Assembly (NCBI GenBank): GCA_977017645.1
Contig: OZ360234.1
Location: 22,754,001 to 22,818,000, forward strand
Direction: 5' to 3'
Source: Torpedo marmorata
Taxonomy: Eukaryota
DNA length: 64,000 nt
This document shows positions 39,658 to 51,612 of this stretch, one piece after another (the first letter of the stretch is position 1; each line of letters begins with the position of its first letter). The notes under the pieces were generated by a model. The model had not been told where the DNA came from, did not search any database, and saw nothing but the letters and a program-made list of their open reading frames with translations. The translations under genes were made by a program, and so were the position numbers.

Positions 39658-39695
39658 ATGATAATAGCCGCCAGGAAGGAGAAGAAATCCAAAAG
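39658..39695 (+). CDS. Candidate 38-bp exon
   Basis: Acceptor tgtttttcttgccag| and consensus donor AAG|gtaagt. Open in phase 1 ((D)DNSRQEGEEIQK) and in phase 0. Confidence 0.35.
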
Positions 39696-39911
39696 GTAAG
39701 TTGAACCAGGAGGAACAAAAGAGGTTCCCATGAAAATGATAGTCTCTCCTTTCCTGCATACCTTACCCCTTCCCCAAAGTGAGATTCTTACTTCCCTCCA
39801 CTTGCTTGCAAAGTGATGGACCCAATTCTTGAAATATTTTGTGGAGTCTCCTGGGGCGTGTAATTGAGAGCCAGTTATAATCACCGAAAGCCTCCCACTG
39901 GTTGTGTTGAG

Positions 39912-40775
39912 ATTTAAATTCAAGATTCAATTTATTGTCATAGTAATAAAACAGTGTCATATTACATGAAATTTATTTTTGCCTGCTGCAAGGCAGACAG
40001 ATTCGCCACCGGCAGAAACTGCCTAAGCGCCTCTTGTGTTCCTTACAGTCAGAGAAAGAGAAGCAAAAGAGAGTCACCGAGTGTCCGTAGATTCGCCTCC
40101 AGCGCTTCTGCAGCCACACAGAGTCCAGTCCAAACCATCGGCAACCCGAGCTCCAGATCCGAACCTCCAACACGGTCAGGAACCCTTCGGCGCCCTCGGC
40201 ACCCCCTCACATCCTGGCTCCGACACCCGGTACTCCTCCAGCCAGTTCAAGCCAGTCTCCAGCAGTCCGCAGCCCGGCGCGAGTCTCCCGACAGCAGTCT
40301 CCAGCAACCCACCGCCTCCGTGGGTTCCTCGCCTCGAGTCGCCAGCAGCCCGCCGCATGCACTGGTCCTTCAGCCTCAGAATCCCTCACTGGTCCACCGC
40401 CGTGGTCACCGTCCCATGGGTCATCTCCTCCGCTTCTCCTTCTCAGACGGGGGAGGGGGGGTGTGATCTTTCCGTCCTCTGGTGCCCTGCTCCAGTCCAC
40501 CGCTTCCCCAGAGTCTGCAGCCCCTCGTGGATGCTGCCGATTAATAGGCGCTGCCATCTTGGGCGCAGACCCCGCGGTTGCGGGATCTCAAACAAACCAC
40601 CGTCGGCTCCATCAACGGGCCGTTCAAAGCCCGTGCGGAGCCGATGGCAGTCGACTGGGCGGCTGGACCCCGCGGGAGCACTGCATCTCTGCTCCCTTGC
40701 TCCCCACGGGTCCGCACCAGCGTCAGCGCTGCCGCTACAGCGGCTCCGACAGCGCCACCACCAACTGACAGACAA
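39912..40775 (-). mobile_element. GC/CpG-rich non-coding retroelement with a Rex1-type 3' tail (putative non-autonomous element)
   Basis: The minus strand ends ATGACAATAAATTGAATCTTGAAT, like the Rex1 tails in this window. The body is CpG-rich with CCAAGATGGCAGC (YY1-like) at 40550-40562 and has no RT similarity. Confidence 0.55.
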
Positions 40776-41035
40776 CTAGTTAGTGACCTGTTTCAAATTA
40801 AAGATCTCCCACTGGAGTTCAGATGAAAGAAAGAATAATATAATGTATAAAGTCATATGTATCTATTTAATTTTGAAGATGGGACTGAAATAAAAACAGC
40901 ATCTCTTCCACCAAAGCAATGGCTGACAAGTGGCAAGAAATTCATCCTGATGCTTCTGGTGAGAGATGATAGATCAGAATTAATTTCAATTCATGTTGCA
41001 GATCGACTCAAAGCCATGACAGCCTGCATATAGTA

Positions 41036-41074
41036 ATACTTTGATGAAGGGCTCAAGCCTGAAACGTCGGTTAT
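41036..41074 (+). ncRNA. Minimal type-I hammerhead-ribozyme-like motif (C3U variant)
   Basis: Core UUGAUGA, stem II AGG/CCU, GAAA, palindromic ACGU in place of stem III, predicted cleavage after GUC (41068), and a weak stem I (ACU/GGU). Activity unproven. Confidence 0.5.
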
Positions 41075-41182
41075 GTATTTCTACCTTTGCTACATAAAAT
41101 ACACTTTGACCTGCTGAGTTCTCCAGCTTTTGTGTTTTTTACTTCAACCACGGTGTCTACAGATTTTCGTGTTTACTTTTTT
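41038..41182 (+). mobile_element. Stand-alone Penelope pseudo-LTR insertion starting at a hammerhead-like motif
   Basis: TTGATGA-AGGGCTCAAGCCT-GAAA-CGTC at 41041-41068; flanked by ATATAGTAAT / ATATAGTGAT (41028-41037 / 41183-41192). Confidence 0.8.
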
Positions 41183-44100
41183 ATATAGTGATGTTAAGTT
41201 GGCATTTTGCTGATCTGTTGGATTCTGATGTTTATAATCAGATTGTATTGTGTGGTTCAATTACAGCAGAGTTGCCAAAAATTGCACGAGATTAAGGATC
41301 AGGCAAACAGGAATGGAGAGAATGAAAGTAATTTTTAAAACAGAAGAATGGTTGGTATAGACAAAAAATATATGCTGGAGAATGCCAAAAGGTATAGTTG
41401 CGTACAATTATCTGCTTGTTGACTTTTTGACAAAGTCCTTTCCAGTTTTATAATTGTAATTCAACTACTGGTGGTACCAACTACTTAATGCCGATCAATG
41501 CAAAACTATCTCAGCAGGATGGTACTTAGGCCAGTCTCAGTCTTGCAGCTGAACATCGTCATTTGAGATTACAGACGATTTCTCTTTTATTCCCTCTAAA
41601 CTAGAGGTAATAATTTGTTACTGATTAAGAAAGTAACTGCTGAGGACCCTTGCAAAGATGTCAAATAGTCCAAATAAAGAAATTAAGCAAATGGTGATGC
41701 ATTTTGCTGTGTGTGTATGTATATGTGTGTGGTGTGTGTGTATATATATATAAAACAAGGCTCAGCAGAGCTGAAATATTGAAGACTGACACAAGACTGT
41801 AATTATAGCTTAGTCCTTTGATTCAGAGTCATTAATTGTGTGTGTAAATGAGAAACAGAAAAGAACTGCTTCTATTTTGAAGACTAACAAAGTGCTGCCT
41901 TTTATGCAGTCTTTAATTTAAAAGATTGAACAGTCCTTTTGTATTCTGTTTGTACATGGTTCCTGACAGGTTGATAACAAATTGTAAAGACAAAAATATT
42001 TCAGCCTTATGCCAGCCTGCTGTTGAATTAGCTATCTCTCCATAATGCATGAAGAAACACAGGGGACTGATAGCTGATAGACTTGAATCTGTCTCTCAGT
42101 ATACATTGTTATGACCATGTCAAGCTGAGATTGCCAGCAGTACATCACTAATCTGAATAAAGGAAGGGCAATGCTGTGCTTACATTTATCTTATTCCACT
42201 CTCTTGAAAACCACTGGACAACTCTCAATTCTACAGGGAGAAAATCCAGTTGGAAATTAATCAGGGTGAAAAATATTTTAATTGTAATACTGACATTAAA
42301 ATAATACTTTTAAACAGTTGTCCTTTCTAAGTTTTCACTTTAATCAATAATTAATTTGCAAATAATATATGCAAATAAATAAATCTTCATTCTTTCCATC
42401 AAATGATGTTTCTATAGGAACTCAATTCCAGGATACAGAAGCTGGGGCAATTGAAATATTTAAGACTGAGATCGAGGAAGAATATTAAGGGATATAGATG
42501 GATATGAATTTGAGACACAGCCCAGCTGTGATATAAATGAATGGCAAAAAAAAGAATAGACACGAAGAACTAAACAGCCAGCCCCTGCTTGAATATCTCT
42601 TCAAGTTTCCCTGCCATATTGCTGGTCATGACACATGAAAAAGTTTGTAGTTTCTGAGTCAAAATTTCCATTGATAGCCTCTAACATCTTCCTGTCAGCC
42701 TGTTGTGTCTATTAGTATTATTGTCCTTGCCTCTGTCAGTCTGTTCTGCTGTCAACCGTCTCCAGGTTTTAGGAACCCAGTTTTGAAATACCCAAATCAT
42801 TTTATCTTAATTGGCTCCAAGGAATTTTCACATTGATTCCAAGTGCTGCTTTGTCTTCCAATTTTACAACCATGTCCATCTAATCTTTTGTCTTTGACCC
42901 TTTCTTTCATGCACATAATGGATAATTATTTTTCAAAAATATTTACTCAACTCTTGCTTAAAATTTACTTCATGGCATTTATTTATGAACTCAGCCTCTG
43001 TTTTTGCTCAAACTTTTTGTTGTTAGCCACTCTTTATAATAATCTGATTGTGCCAGCTATGAAAAATGGTTGTTCCTCGAAACACTAACTTTTGTTTTCA
43101 TTTTTCCATAGTTTACTTATTTATCTGCACTTCTTCACAGTCAAAGTTGTGTCTTGTTCTGTGGCTACTAAGTTTTGTCTGGGAAGAGTAGGGTAAGAAT
43201 GGTGTGGCACCCTAGCAGACCAGACCATCAATATGTGGCTCCTTGCCAGTTTCTCCATGCTTTTCATTTGCCATTCTTAGCCAGGTTGACGTGGGGAGGC
43301 ATCTGCCACAGAGGAAGTGAAAATCAAAAAGAAAGCAATCTGTGAACTGCTTCCATACTTCATCCAGCAACAGATTTTGAACAGCAGTGGTAGAGGTCTA
43401 GAAACAGTCACCCACTGCTGTTATACTGTCAGGTGAGCAAGCAGATCACCCAGTTAACAAAGGGATACTCACAGCGGATTTTAACCTTGTCCATCTGATG
43501 AAACATAGGCAAGCAGGGAATTTAAATTGCTCGTAGCACTTAGCTGTCATCACACAGCAGCCTTTGATTTTACCTTGCTCATCTGGGTTGTGTAAAGGCC
43601 ATCTGGCAAAAGCCAGCAGGATCTTTCTTTAAATATACAGATGATGTGAAAGGGTCTCAGGTGCTGAGAAGGGAAGCAGTTTTGGCTGTTCCACTAAAGT
43701 CAAGCCCACAGTAAGAGTCCTAAAAAAAAATCTTTCCAACTTTTCCTACTTGAGTCAGAGTGAAGAAAAGTCTTCCTCCAGGTCTTGCAACACTTACCGA
43801 CTGCATCTGCTGCAATCTCTGCTTCCACTTACATCGCAATCCTGCTGCTCATGAGTTGTCCCATGGGCATGAAATTCAGATCTTCCAGGTCTTGCTCCAG
43901 CAATAACAGGTGGATTCCAATGCTCCTTGACTCAATTCCCACTGTCAACGGAGGTATTGGGAATGATGCCTAAGCTGTAAATTTCGTCTATTTCTTTTCA
44001 AGGTCGAATTTTTTGACTGATCTAACCCTGGGATGATCACAATTAAAAGCTTGCATGCCATTATTTGGCTATTTATGAAATATTGCTAGGGTTCTGCTCA

Positions 44101-44189
44101 CTTTCCAGTAATATGCAAATGACCTAGGCAGCGAGTGTTAGCAGATTGTCTATATTGAACATCCCATAATGGAGTGCTGGCTAATCAGT

Positions 44190-44745
44190 TAAAAAGTATC
44201 TGGGTGACAACTCAAACACATGCTTCTTTCATATTCTTTGTTCATTAGGACCTGATCACCTCTCTTTGGTGTGTGTTTTGCCAAACCAATGTGACTCCAA
44301 ACCTCATAGCTTTGGCCCAGCGAGCTGAACACCAGAGGTATGTTGGGAGTTACCACCTTTGACAACAGATAGCATTTGACTGAGGGTGTCGTTGAGGAGC
44401 CTGGAACTGCATTAATTGGGGTCATACGTGGCACAAAGGAAGATAGCTGATGTTGATGAAGGTCAGGCATCCTAGCCCCAGAACATCATTGCAGGCAATC
44501 TCTTGGGCCAAACCATCTTCAGCTGTTCCATCAATGATTTTGCATCCATCCTAAGGTCAGAAGTGGGGATATTCACTGATGATTGAACAATGTTCGATTC
44601 CATTCAAAACTTCTCAGCAAATGAAACAGCCCATGCCTGCAGGCAGCAAGACCCTGGAGAATATTCAGGCATGAGTTGATGATTAACTGTTGTGCTACAA
44701 AATGTTCAAGCAATGACTATCTCCATTGAAAAGAAATGACCTGCT
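44190..44745 (+). mobile_element. Old LINE RT remnant (CR1/L2-group-like)
   Basis: LLGQTIFSCSINDF..IFTDD-like segment at about 44500-44585. Confidence 0.55.
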
Positions 44746-45587
44746 CTAGATATTTTGATGATATTATGTCCTGAGAGCAGAGTACTCAGCCTTCCTGGAT
44801 CTTTTCCACCATCGCCAAAATGGTAGTTATATGCGGACCTTTACTAGTCATGTACGTGTCCTGTTTTTCATCGTCTACTTTATAATGAGCAGTCATTGTA
44901 CTTTTCCTCATGCTCCTATCTCTTTATCACCCACCAACCCCACCCCAACCCCCGTCTCACCTCACCATACTTTTAATGCAGTTTTGCCAGTTCTGATATT
45001 ATGGATGAGGATAACGTGTAACCCACTGACTCGTCTGCAGATGGGGCAGGAGGTGCCTGACAGGACAAGTGGGTTGGTATTTTGTGAAGTGGCATGCTCC
45101 TTCGACAGTTTACACTGGGCTTTTGTATGACCCTGATGCACAGACTCATAAAGTTCTCAGTGCTATCCCAAATGTGCCTTCCCCACTTTGAGCAGTGATG
45201 GGTCAAGGATTCCCAGGAATCAGTGGAGGAAATGCATATTTTCAAGGAGCCTTTCATATCTGCTGTTTTTCTGGTTGACTCTTCCTCAGAAGAAGGTCTC
45301 TACTTTGGGATTTCAGTATCCAAAAATTGAAGTCCTAATTAACATGCAGTAACATTACTGGCATTTGCAACTTACCAAGTCAAAAATCTCATAAAAAGCA
45401 CAACTCTATCCTAGCATCTACAAATAAGTAATTTATCGATTTCAAAGCACAAATAATTTATGCTAAATATTCACATGGAGAAGACCAGCAAAATGAGACT
45501 GAAGGGAGGTTAACCAAATTATCCCAGCCTTCCTACCTGGAACAGGAACACCATAATAAAAAGAAACAGTTGCACAAATATACATAC

Positions 45588-48500
45588 TGTAGCCACGCGC
45601 TACTCGAAAGAAGACACACACACGTAGTGTAGTCAGGTTAAGCTCTGTGTTTATTAGGGCTCAAGCCCGACTTTTATATTAACACAGTTCCCGCACTGGC
45701 CTCCTTTTACTGATGTCACTTTATACATAACAAAAGCGTGTTTCCCGCGCGCGGGTACTTTCCTGCATAACAATACCTTCGTCCCCGCGCACTGTCCCTG
45801 TCTGTTGGCTGTGCATCAAGGCCAGCGCCATTTTGGGGTCGCTGGCCTTTGAGCTGCCCTTTCCGTTTAGCTGCCGGTTCGCTTGTTGGGGCCACTGCTG
45901 GCCTTTCGTTGCGCTCGCTGCCCGGAGAGCCGGCTCGATCGCCGCCGCGGTGGGCCGCCACATAACCCCCCCCAGAACCGGCGGTATTGTCCTTGGTGCC
46001 CGGAGGCAAAGTCTCTGCAGCCTTCGGTGGCCTGCCACTTCGGCGTGGTGCTGGTGTCTCGACTGGGCGCGCCGGGTCCAGGTGTGCTGGCTTCAGCCTG
46101 ACTGTTGAGAAGACCTCCGCCTTGCCACTGACCTCCAGCTCGAACGTGGTCCCGTTGTTGCGGATGACCCGGAACGGACCCTCGTATGGCCTCTGAAGCA
46201 GTGGACGATGTGGACCCCTGCGAATGAAAACATACTCACAGTCCTGCAGGTCTCTGGGTACGTTGGTCTTCACGTGTCCGTGCCTGGAAGGTAAAATCGG
46301 GCCCAGGTTGCCGACTCTTTCCCTCAGCCTGCCGAGGAACGCTGCAGAGTCATCCTGCTGCCTGCCTGGGGAAGGTACGAATTCTCCCGGGACTACCAGT
46401 GGAGCTCCATAGACGAGTTTGGCCGAAGAGGTGTTGAGGTCCTCCTTGGGTGCCGTGCAGATGCCCAACAGTGCCCATGGTAGCTCGTCTACCCATTTGG
46501 GACCTCGGAGTCTGGTCATGAGCGCGGTCTTGAGGTGCCTGTGGAAGTGCTCCACCAATCCATTGGACTGTGGGTGGTAAGATGTTGTGATGAAGTGGCA
46601 GATGGCTAAGTACAGCGCCAGTAGCTCTCTGTCGAAAGCGCTGTACTTCAGTTCTGGAGGCCGCAGATGTTTTCTGAAGAAAGTCAGCGGCCGCCAACTT
46701 CCTTCGATCTGCTGCTCCAGAACTCCGCCGATCGCTGTTCCTGAGGTATCCACCATCAGGGCCGTTGGAGCGTCTGCCCTGGGATGTGCCAGGAGAGCGG
46801 CGTCCGCCAGGGCATCCTTGGCCTTCACGAAGGCTTCCACTGACTCCTCGTCCCAGGTGATGTCCTTCGTCTTGCCTGCCATCTGGGTGAATAAGGGCTG
46901 CATAATCCGGGCATCTGAGGGGATGAACCTGTGGTAGAAATTGATCATCCCCACGAACTCCTGTAGTCCCTTGATCGTGTTGGGTCTGGGGAACTTCCAG
47001 ATGGCCTCCACTTTACTGGGTAGCGGTGTGGCTCCTTCCCTGGTTATCCTGTGGCCCAGGAAGTCGATGGCCTCCAATCCGAACTGGCATTTGGCTGGGT
47101 TGATCGTCAGGCCGAGCTCGCTCAATCGGGTGCAGAGGTTGCGGAGGTGCATCATATGCTCCTGTTTGTTCCTGCTCGCCACCAGGATGTCGTCCAGGTA
47201 CACGAAGGTGCCGTCCAGGTCTCGGCCCACCGCGTCCATGAGTCGCTGGAAGGTCTGTGCGGCGTTCTTTAGCCTGAACGGCATTCGGAGGAATTCGAAG
47301 AGGCCGAATGGGGTGATGATGGTGGTCTTGGGGATATCCTCGGGGCGTACCAGAATCTGATGATATCCCCGTACGAGGTCCACCTTGGAGAAAATCTTTG
47401 CCCCGTGCAGGTTAGCCGCAAAGTCCTGGATGTGCGGCACGGGGTACCAATCCGGTGTCGTGGCCTCGTTGAGCCGGAAGTAGTTGCCGCATGGTCTTCA
47501 GCCCCCAGTTGCTTTGGGTACCATGTGCAGGGGAGAAGCCCATGGGCTGTCTGACCGCCGTACGATGCCGAGCTCCTTCAGCTTCCTGAATTCCTCCTTC
47601 ACCAGCTGGAGTTTCTCCAGAGGAAGGCATCTTGCATGGAGCGGCGGGCCCTGGGTCAGGATGTGGTGCTGTACTCCATGTCGGGGCATTACCATGGTGA
47701 ATTGGGGGGTAAGCACTGTAGGGAACTCGGCCAGGACCCTGGCGTACTCATTGTCCGACCTCTGTTCGGTGTCCAGGTGGAGTGCTGGGAGCCGGGCGTC
47801 TTTGAGGGGGAAGGTATGAAAAGTCTTGGCGTGGACCATTCTCCTTCCCTTGAGGTCCACTAGCAGGTTGTGGGCGCACAGGAAGTCTGCCCCGAGGAGC
47901 GGCTGTTCCACTGCGGCCAGCGTGAACACCCACGAGAAGGGGCTGCTTCCCAACAGCAGTTGGGCCTTGCGGGTACCATAGGTCCGAATCGTGCTGTTGT
48001 TGGCAGCCCTCAGCGTGGGGCCCGACTGCCTGTTCCTTGTGTCCTGTCCCGACGGAGGTAGGACGCTGACCTCTGCTCCTGTGTCCACGAGGAAGCGTCG
48101 TCCGGACTGACGGTCCCAAACGTACAGGAGGCTGTCTTGGTGGCCAGCCGTCGTGGCCATCAGTGACGGCTGGCCCCGGCGTTTCCCTGAAACGTGCATG
48201 GCAGCCTGCACCGGCAAGCTCTGGCGCCCCATCTCTGGTGGTAGAAACACCACTGGTCATGTGGATCACCTCCTCTGGGGCGCTGCTGTTCTCTCAGTGA
48301 CTCTGCCCGGGTCTGGCTGCGGGGTTTAGTGACGAGCCCCACGGACGCTGAGCACTCTCTCTTCTGTTTCTACAGAATGTCCGCTCGTGCTGCGATTTTC
48401 TGTGGGTCGCTGAAATCCGCATCAGCCAGGAGCAGTTGGATGTCCTCGGGCAGTTGCTCCAGGAATGCCTGCTCGAACATAATGCAGGGCTCGTGTTTAC

Positions 48501-49264
48501 CCAGGAGGGCCAGCATCTCGTTCATGAGCCTGTCCCCTAAACCGTCCAGGTGGAGCAGATGTGCCCCTCTCTCGCGCCGTGAGAGCCCGAAGGTCTCGAT
48601 CAGCAAGTCCTTGAAGGCGGTGTACGTGCCTTCTGATGGGGGCTCCTGGATGACGTTGGCCACCCGTCCTGCTGTTTCCTGGTCCAGGGCGCTCACCACG
48701 TGGTAGTACCGGGTGGATTCTGCTGTGATCTACTGGATCTGAAACTGTGCCTCAGCCTCGTCAAACCACATGTGTGGTGGATTCGTCCAGAAAGTCGGCA
48801 GCTTGAGAGCGACTGCGTTGACTGCTGTCTGATCGTTGGGTTTAGATGCCGTCTAAACCGTCGGGGTCACCAATTGTAGCTGCGTGCTACTCAAAAGAAG
48901 ACACACACACGTAGTGTAGTCAGGTTAAGCTTTGTGTTTATTAGGGCTCAAGCCCGACTTTTATATTACCACAGTTCCCGCACTGGCCTCCTTTTACTGA
49001 TGTCACTTTATACATAACAAAAGCGTGTTTCCCGTGCGCGGGTACTTTCCTGCATAACAATACCTTCTTCCCCGTGCGCTGTCCCTGTCTGTTGGCTGTG
49101 CAGCAAGGCCAGCGCCATTTTGGGGTCGCTGGCCTCTGAGCTCCCCTTGCCGTTTACCTGTCGGTTCGCTTGTTGGGGCCATTGCCGCTGCGCGGGCTGC
49201 TGGCCTTTCATTGCACTCGCCGCCCGGAGAGCCGGCTCGATTGCCGCCGCGGCGGGCCGCCACA
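45588..49264 (-). mobile_element. Ty3/Gypsy LTR retrotransposon (CsRn1-like) with an internal RNaseH-integrase deletion
   Basis: LTRs 45588-45962 and 48875-49264, 4-bp TSD ATAC (45584-45587 / 49265-49268), PBS TGGTGACCCCGAC (tRNA-Trp type) at 48860-48872 and a G-rich PPT at 45963-45975. Gag AVALKLPTFW, protease LVDTGAE, RT YLDD. Confidence 0.95.
48142..48187 (-). promoter_or_regulatory. Putative -1 ribosomal frameshift signal at the gag-pol junction
   Basis: G GGA AAC slippery heptamer in the gag frame (FQGN..*), a 5-nt spacer and a perfect 11-bp stem GGCCAGCCGTC/GACGGCTGGCC. The pol ORF is in the -1 frame. Confidence 0.8.
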
Positions 49265-51612
49265 ATACACAGAAATTCATGCCCAATCAGTAATATTAAC
49301 CTTGCGATTTTGTAGTGACACCAGACTATTTAAAGGAGTTCAATTTTGTCCATTGAATGCACCACAGAATTCTATATGGCTTATAGAGTGCAACCTTCTC
49401 AGGATGAGATACGTAAACAACATGCAACAACATTGTTATATGCATTTAATATGCATATTTTATTAATATAGTACAGATTATTATAGCTGTTACTGCATAA
49501 CTAAATAAAACAGGCTATGGAATAAATTCAAGTATTTATCATTATAAATACAGTATTTGCCATTCTGCAAGAACAGATATTACGATCAATTTTAATGCTA
49601 CCCAATATTGCTTGTCTGATTCTGACGGTTTTGGATCATTTATCTCATGGTGAAAATCAAAGATTGGGTGAGATTGAATTTGAATCAGGAATGTATGTCC
49701 TGATTAATGCTCAGTTCTGCTCAAGTATCCTTCTTATTAGCAGATAAACAAGAAAAATAAAATGACATTTTATGGACACATTCTTCAGCTGCTTTCTTTT
49801 CTTACATGCTACTACTCCACTTTTTATCTCCTGTACAATTTGACTTGGGCTTTGCTTCCCGGATAATTGTACCTTTGTAATGCATCATTGTTCTCATTTT
49901 AAAAAAAAATCATTCATAGAACTCTTTTAGAAAGTAATTTTCTCATACCTTCCAATAGTATTAGAAAGGCATGGAAGATAACTATGATTCTTAACCTTTA
50001 ACCAGTCCCAAGGACTGCAAGTGCATACAGGTATCTTCTAGATGCCAAAATCATGGGGGGTATCGCTATAATTAATGCTTAGTATTAAATGTGCCAAACA
50101 TGGTTCAATATTGTTGTTCTTTTCTGTAAATAATATATTCCATAATGGCTACGTTAATTCTCTGAAAACGTGGTGAAGGATTGGAGTGCAGTGTGTTGTT
50201 TATTTGGTTATGGTGTTTCTCCTTTTACCAATATAGAAGCTCCTCAGTTTCATGCATTTATATACTGTCTTATTTTGGTTTCGAACAAGTTTGGAAAATA
50301 CACTATTTTTCCTCTTTTAGAAGTACCAGAGTTGTGAAATGTGGCACATTTGTCATTTGATGATGGGAGATGAAGTCACTGGAAATTTCCATTGGAGATC
50401 ATGGATCTTTGACATTTAGTGAATTTAATGAATGGAAATGTGTTTTTAATCATGCTTGAGTGTTAGATTTGAAATAAGCAGCAAATTTATATAGTGTATA
50501 CATTTTAAATTTTCACTAATTCTCAAATCTGGAACTGTTTTCTTGATTAATTTTAGTGCAGTCTGTTCCTAAGCTTTCAGCATATTAACATTCAGTCAAT
50601 ACAGCTGGTTTCCTGTTTCTTATTTCACACCTTGAAGAAAATTAGAAAGAAGAAATTGAATTCCCCACAATACATAATTTCGTTTTTTTTCTTTTGCCAA
50701 CTTAAGTATGTTTAAAGGACAAGTTTGCTGAAAGAAAATGAACAGTTAACCAGAAATGTTATTCAAACTATGCTGGTTCTCACTAATATTGGTAAAATCC
50801 TCTTGATTATTTCCATTTTGTTGTTTAAGTGCGGAGAGATTAAGAATTGAATAAAATTGTGCTTCAACCATTATGGTCAAAGGTCACGGTCAATTGATGC
50901 AGGCGCAAATCAGCAATTCACAATCATTTTGGCATAAAGCAAAATTGCACTATTGGTATGTAAGAATTCACACTTGCATTCAAGACAATTCAGCTTTTTT
51001 ACCAAGAGGCGGAGATAAGCCAATCATAAGATGATCTGTGTAGTTTTCTGTGAATGAAATGAGACCTTGTTCAATCCAAACACTTTGATTAGACTGATTG
51101 TGAATTCAGTATGCCAGGCAGTTTTTAATTATATAGCACAGGTCGCTGGTGTCATCTTGACTCTGTGGCTTACTTAATTATGCACAAGAAGAAATGTTTG
51201 TAGCTTAAGGGATCTGGCTCTTTTTAGGGATTTAACTTGCCTTTGTAACCATATCCGTCAATCCCTTCTCTATATCGCTAAAATCAAATTCGGTCCTCTT
51301 GAACATTTTCCTACAACTTCATCAGCTTCCCCCTTCTAATTTATTCAACAGCTGTAATGCAGTTAGAATGAAAACTTTCTCTGACACTCCCCTTCATATT
51401 CTCACTTTCCTAATTTAAACATACTTTTTGTTTTTTCAACATATTGAGTATTTTGCCTTTACTAGGCTTCACATAAGCCGAGAAATTGGATCTCATGTGG
51501 AAATTTTGCATAAGATTTATGGAGGGTGGTTCATGCTAACAACCATTAACTGAGGAAATTGTGGCTATAATAATTTGGTCCAGATGTTTCCGTATGCTAC
51601 GCACTTTTGCAC

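Noticed and set aside
39954-40826. Overlapping 100-250-aa ORFs as protein genes
   Set aside because: Open in most frames on both strands because of high GC; low-complexity translations with no domain.
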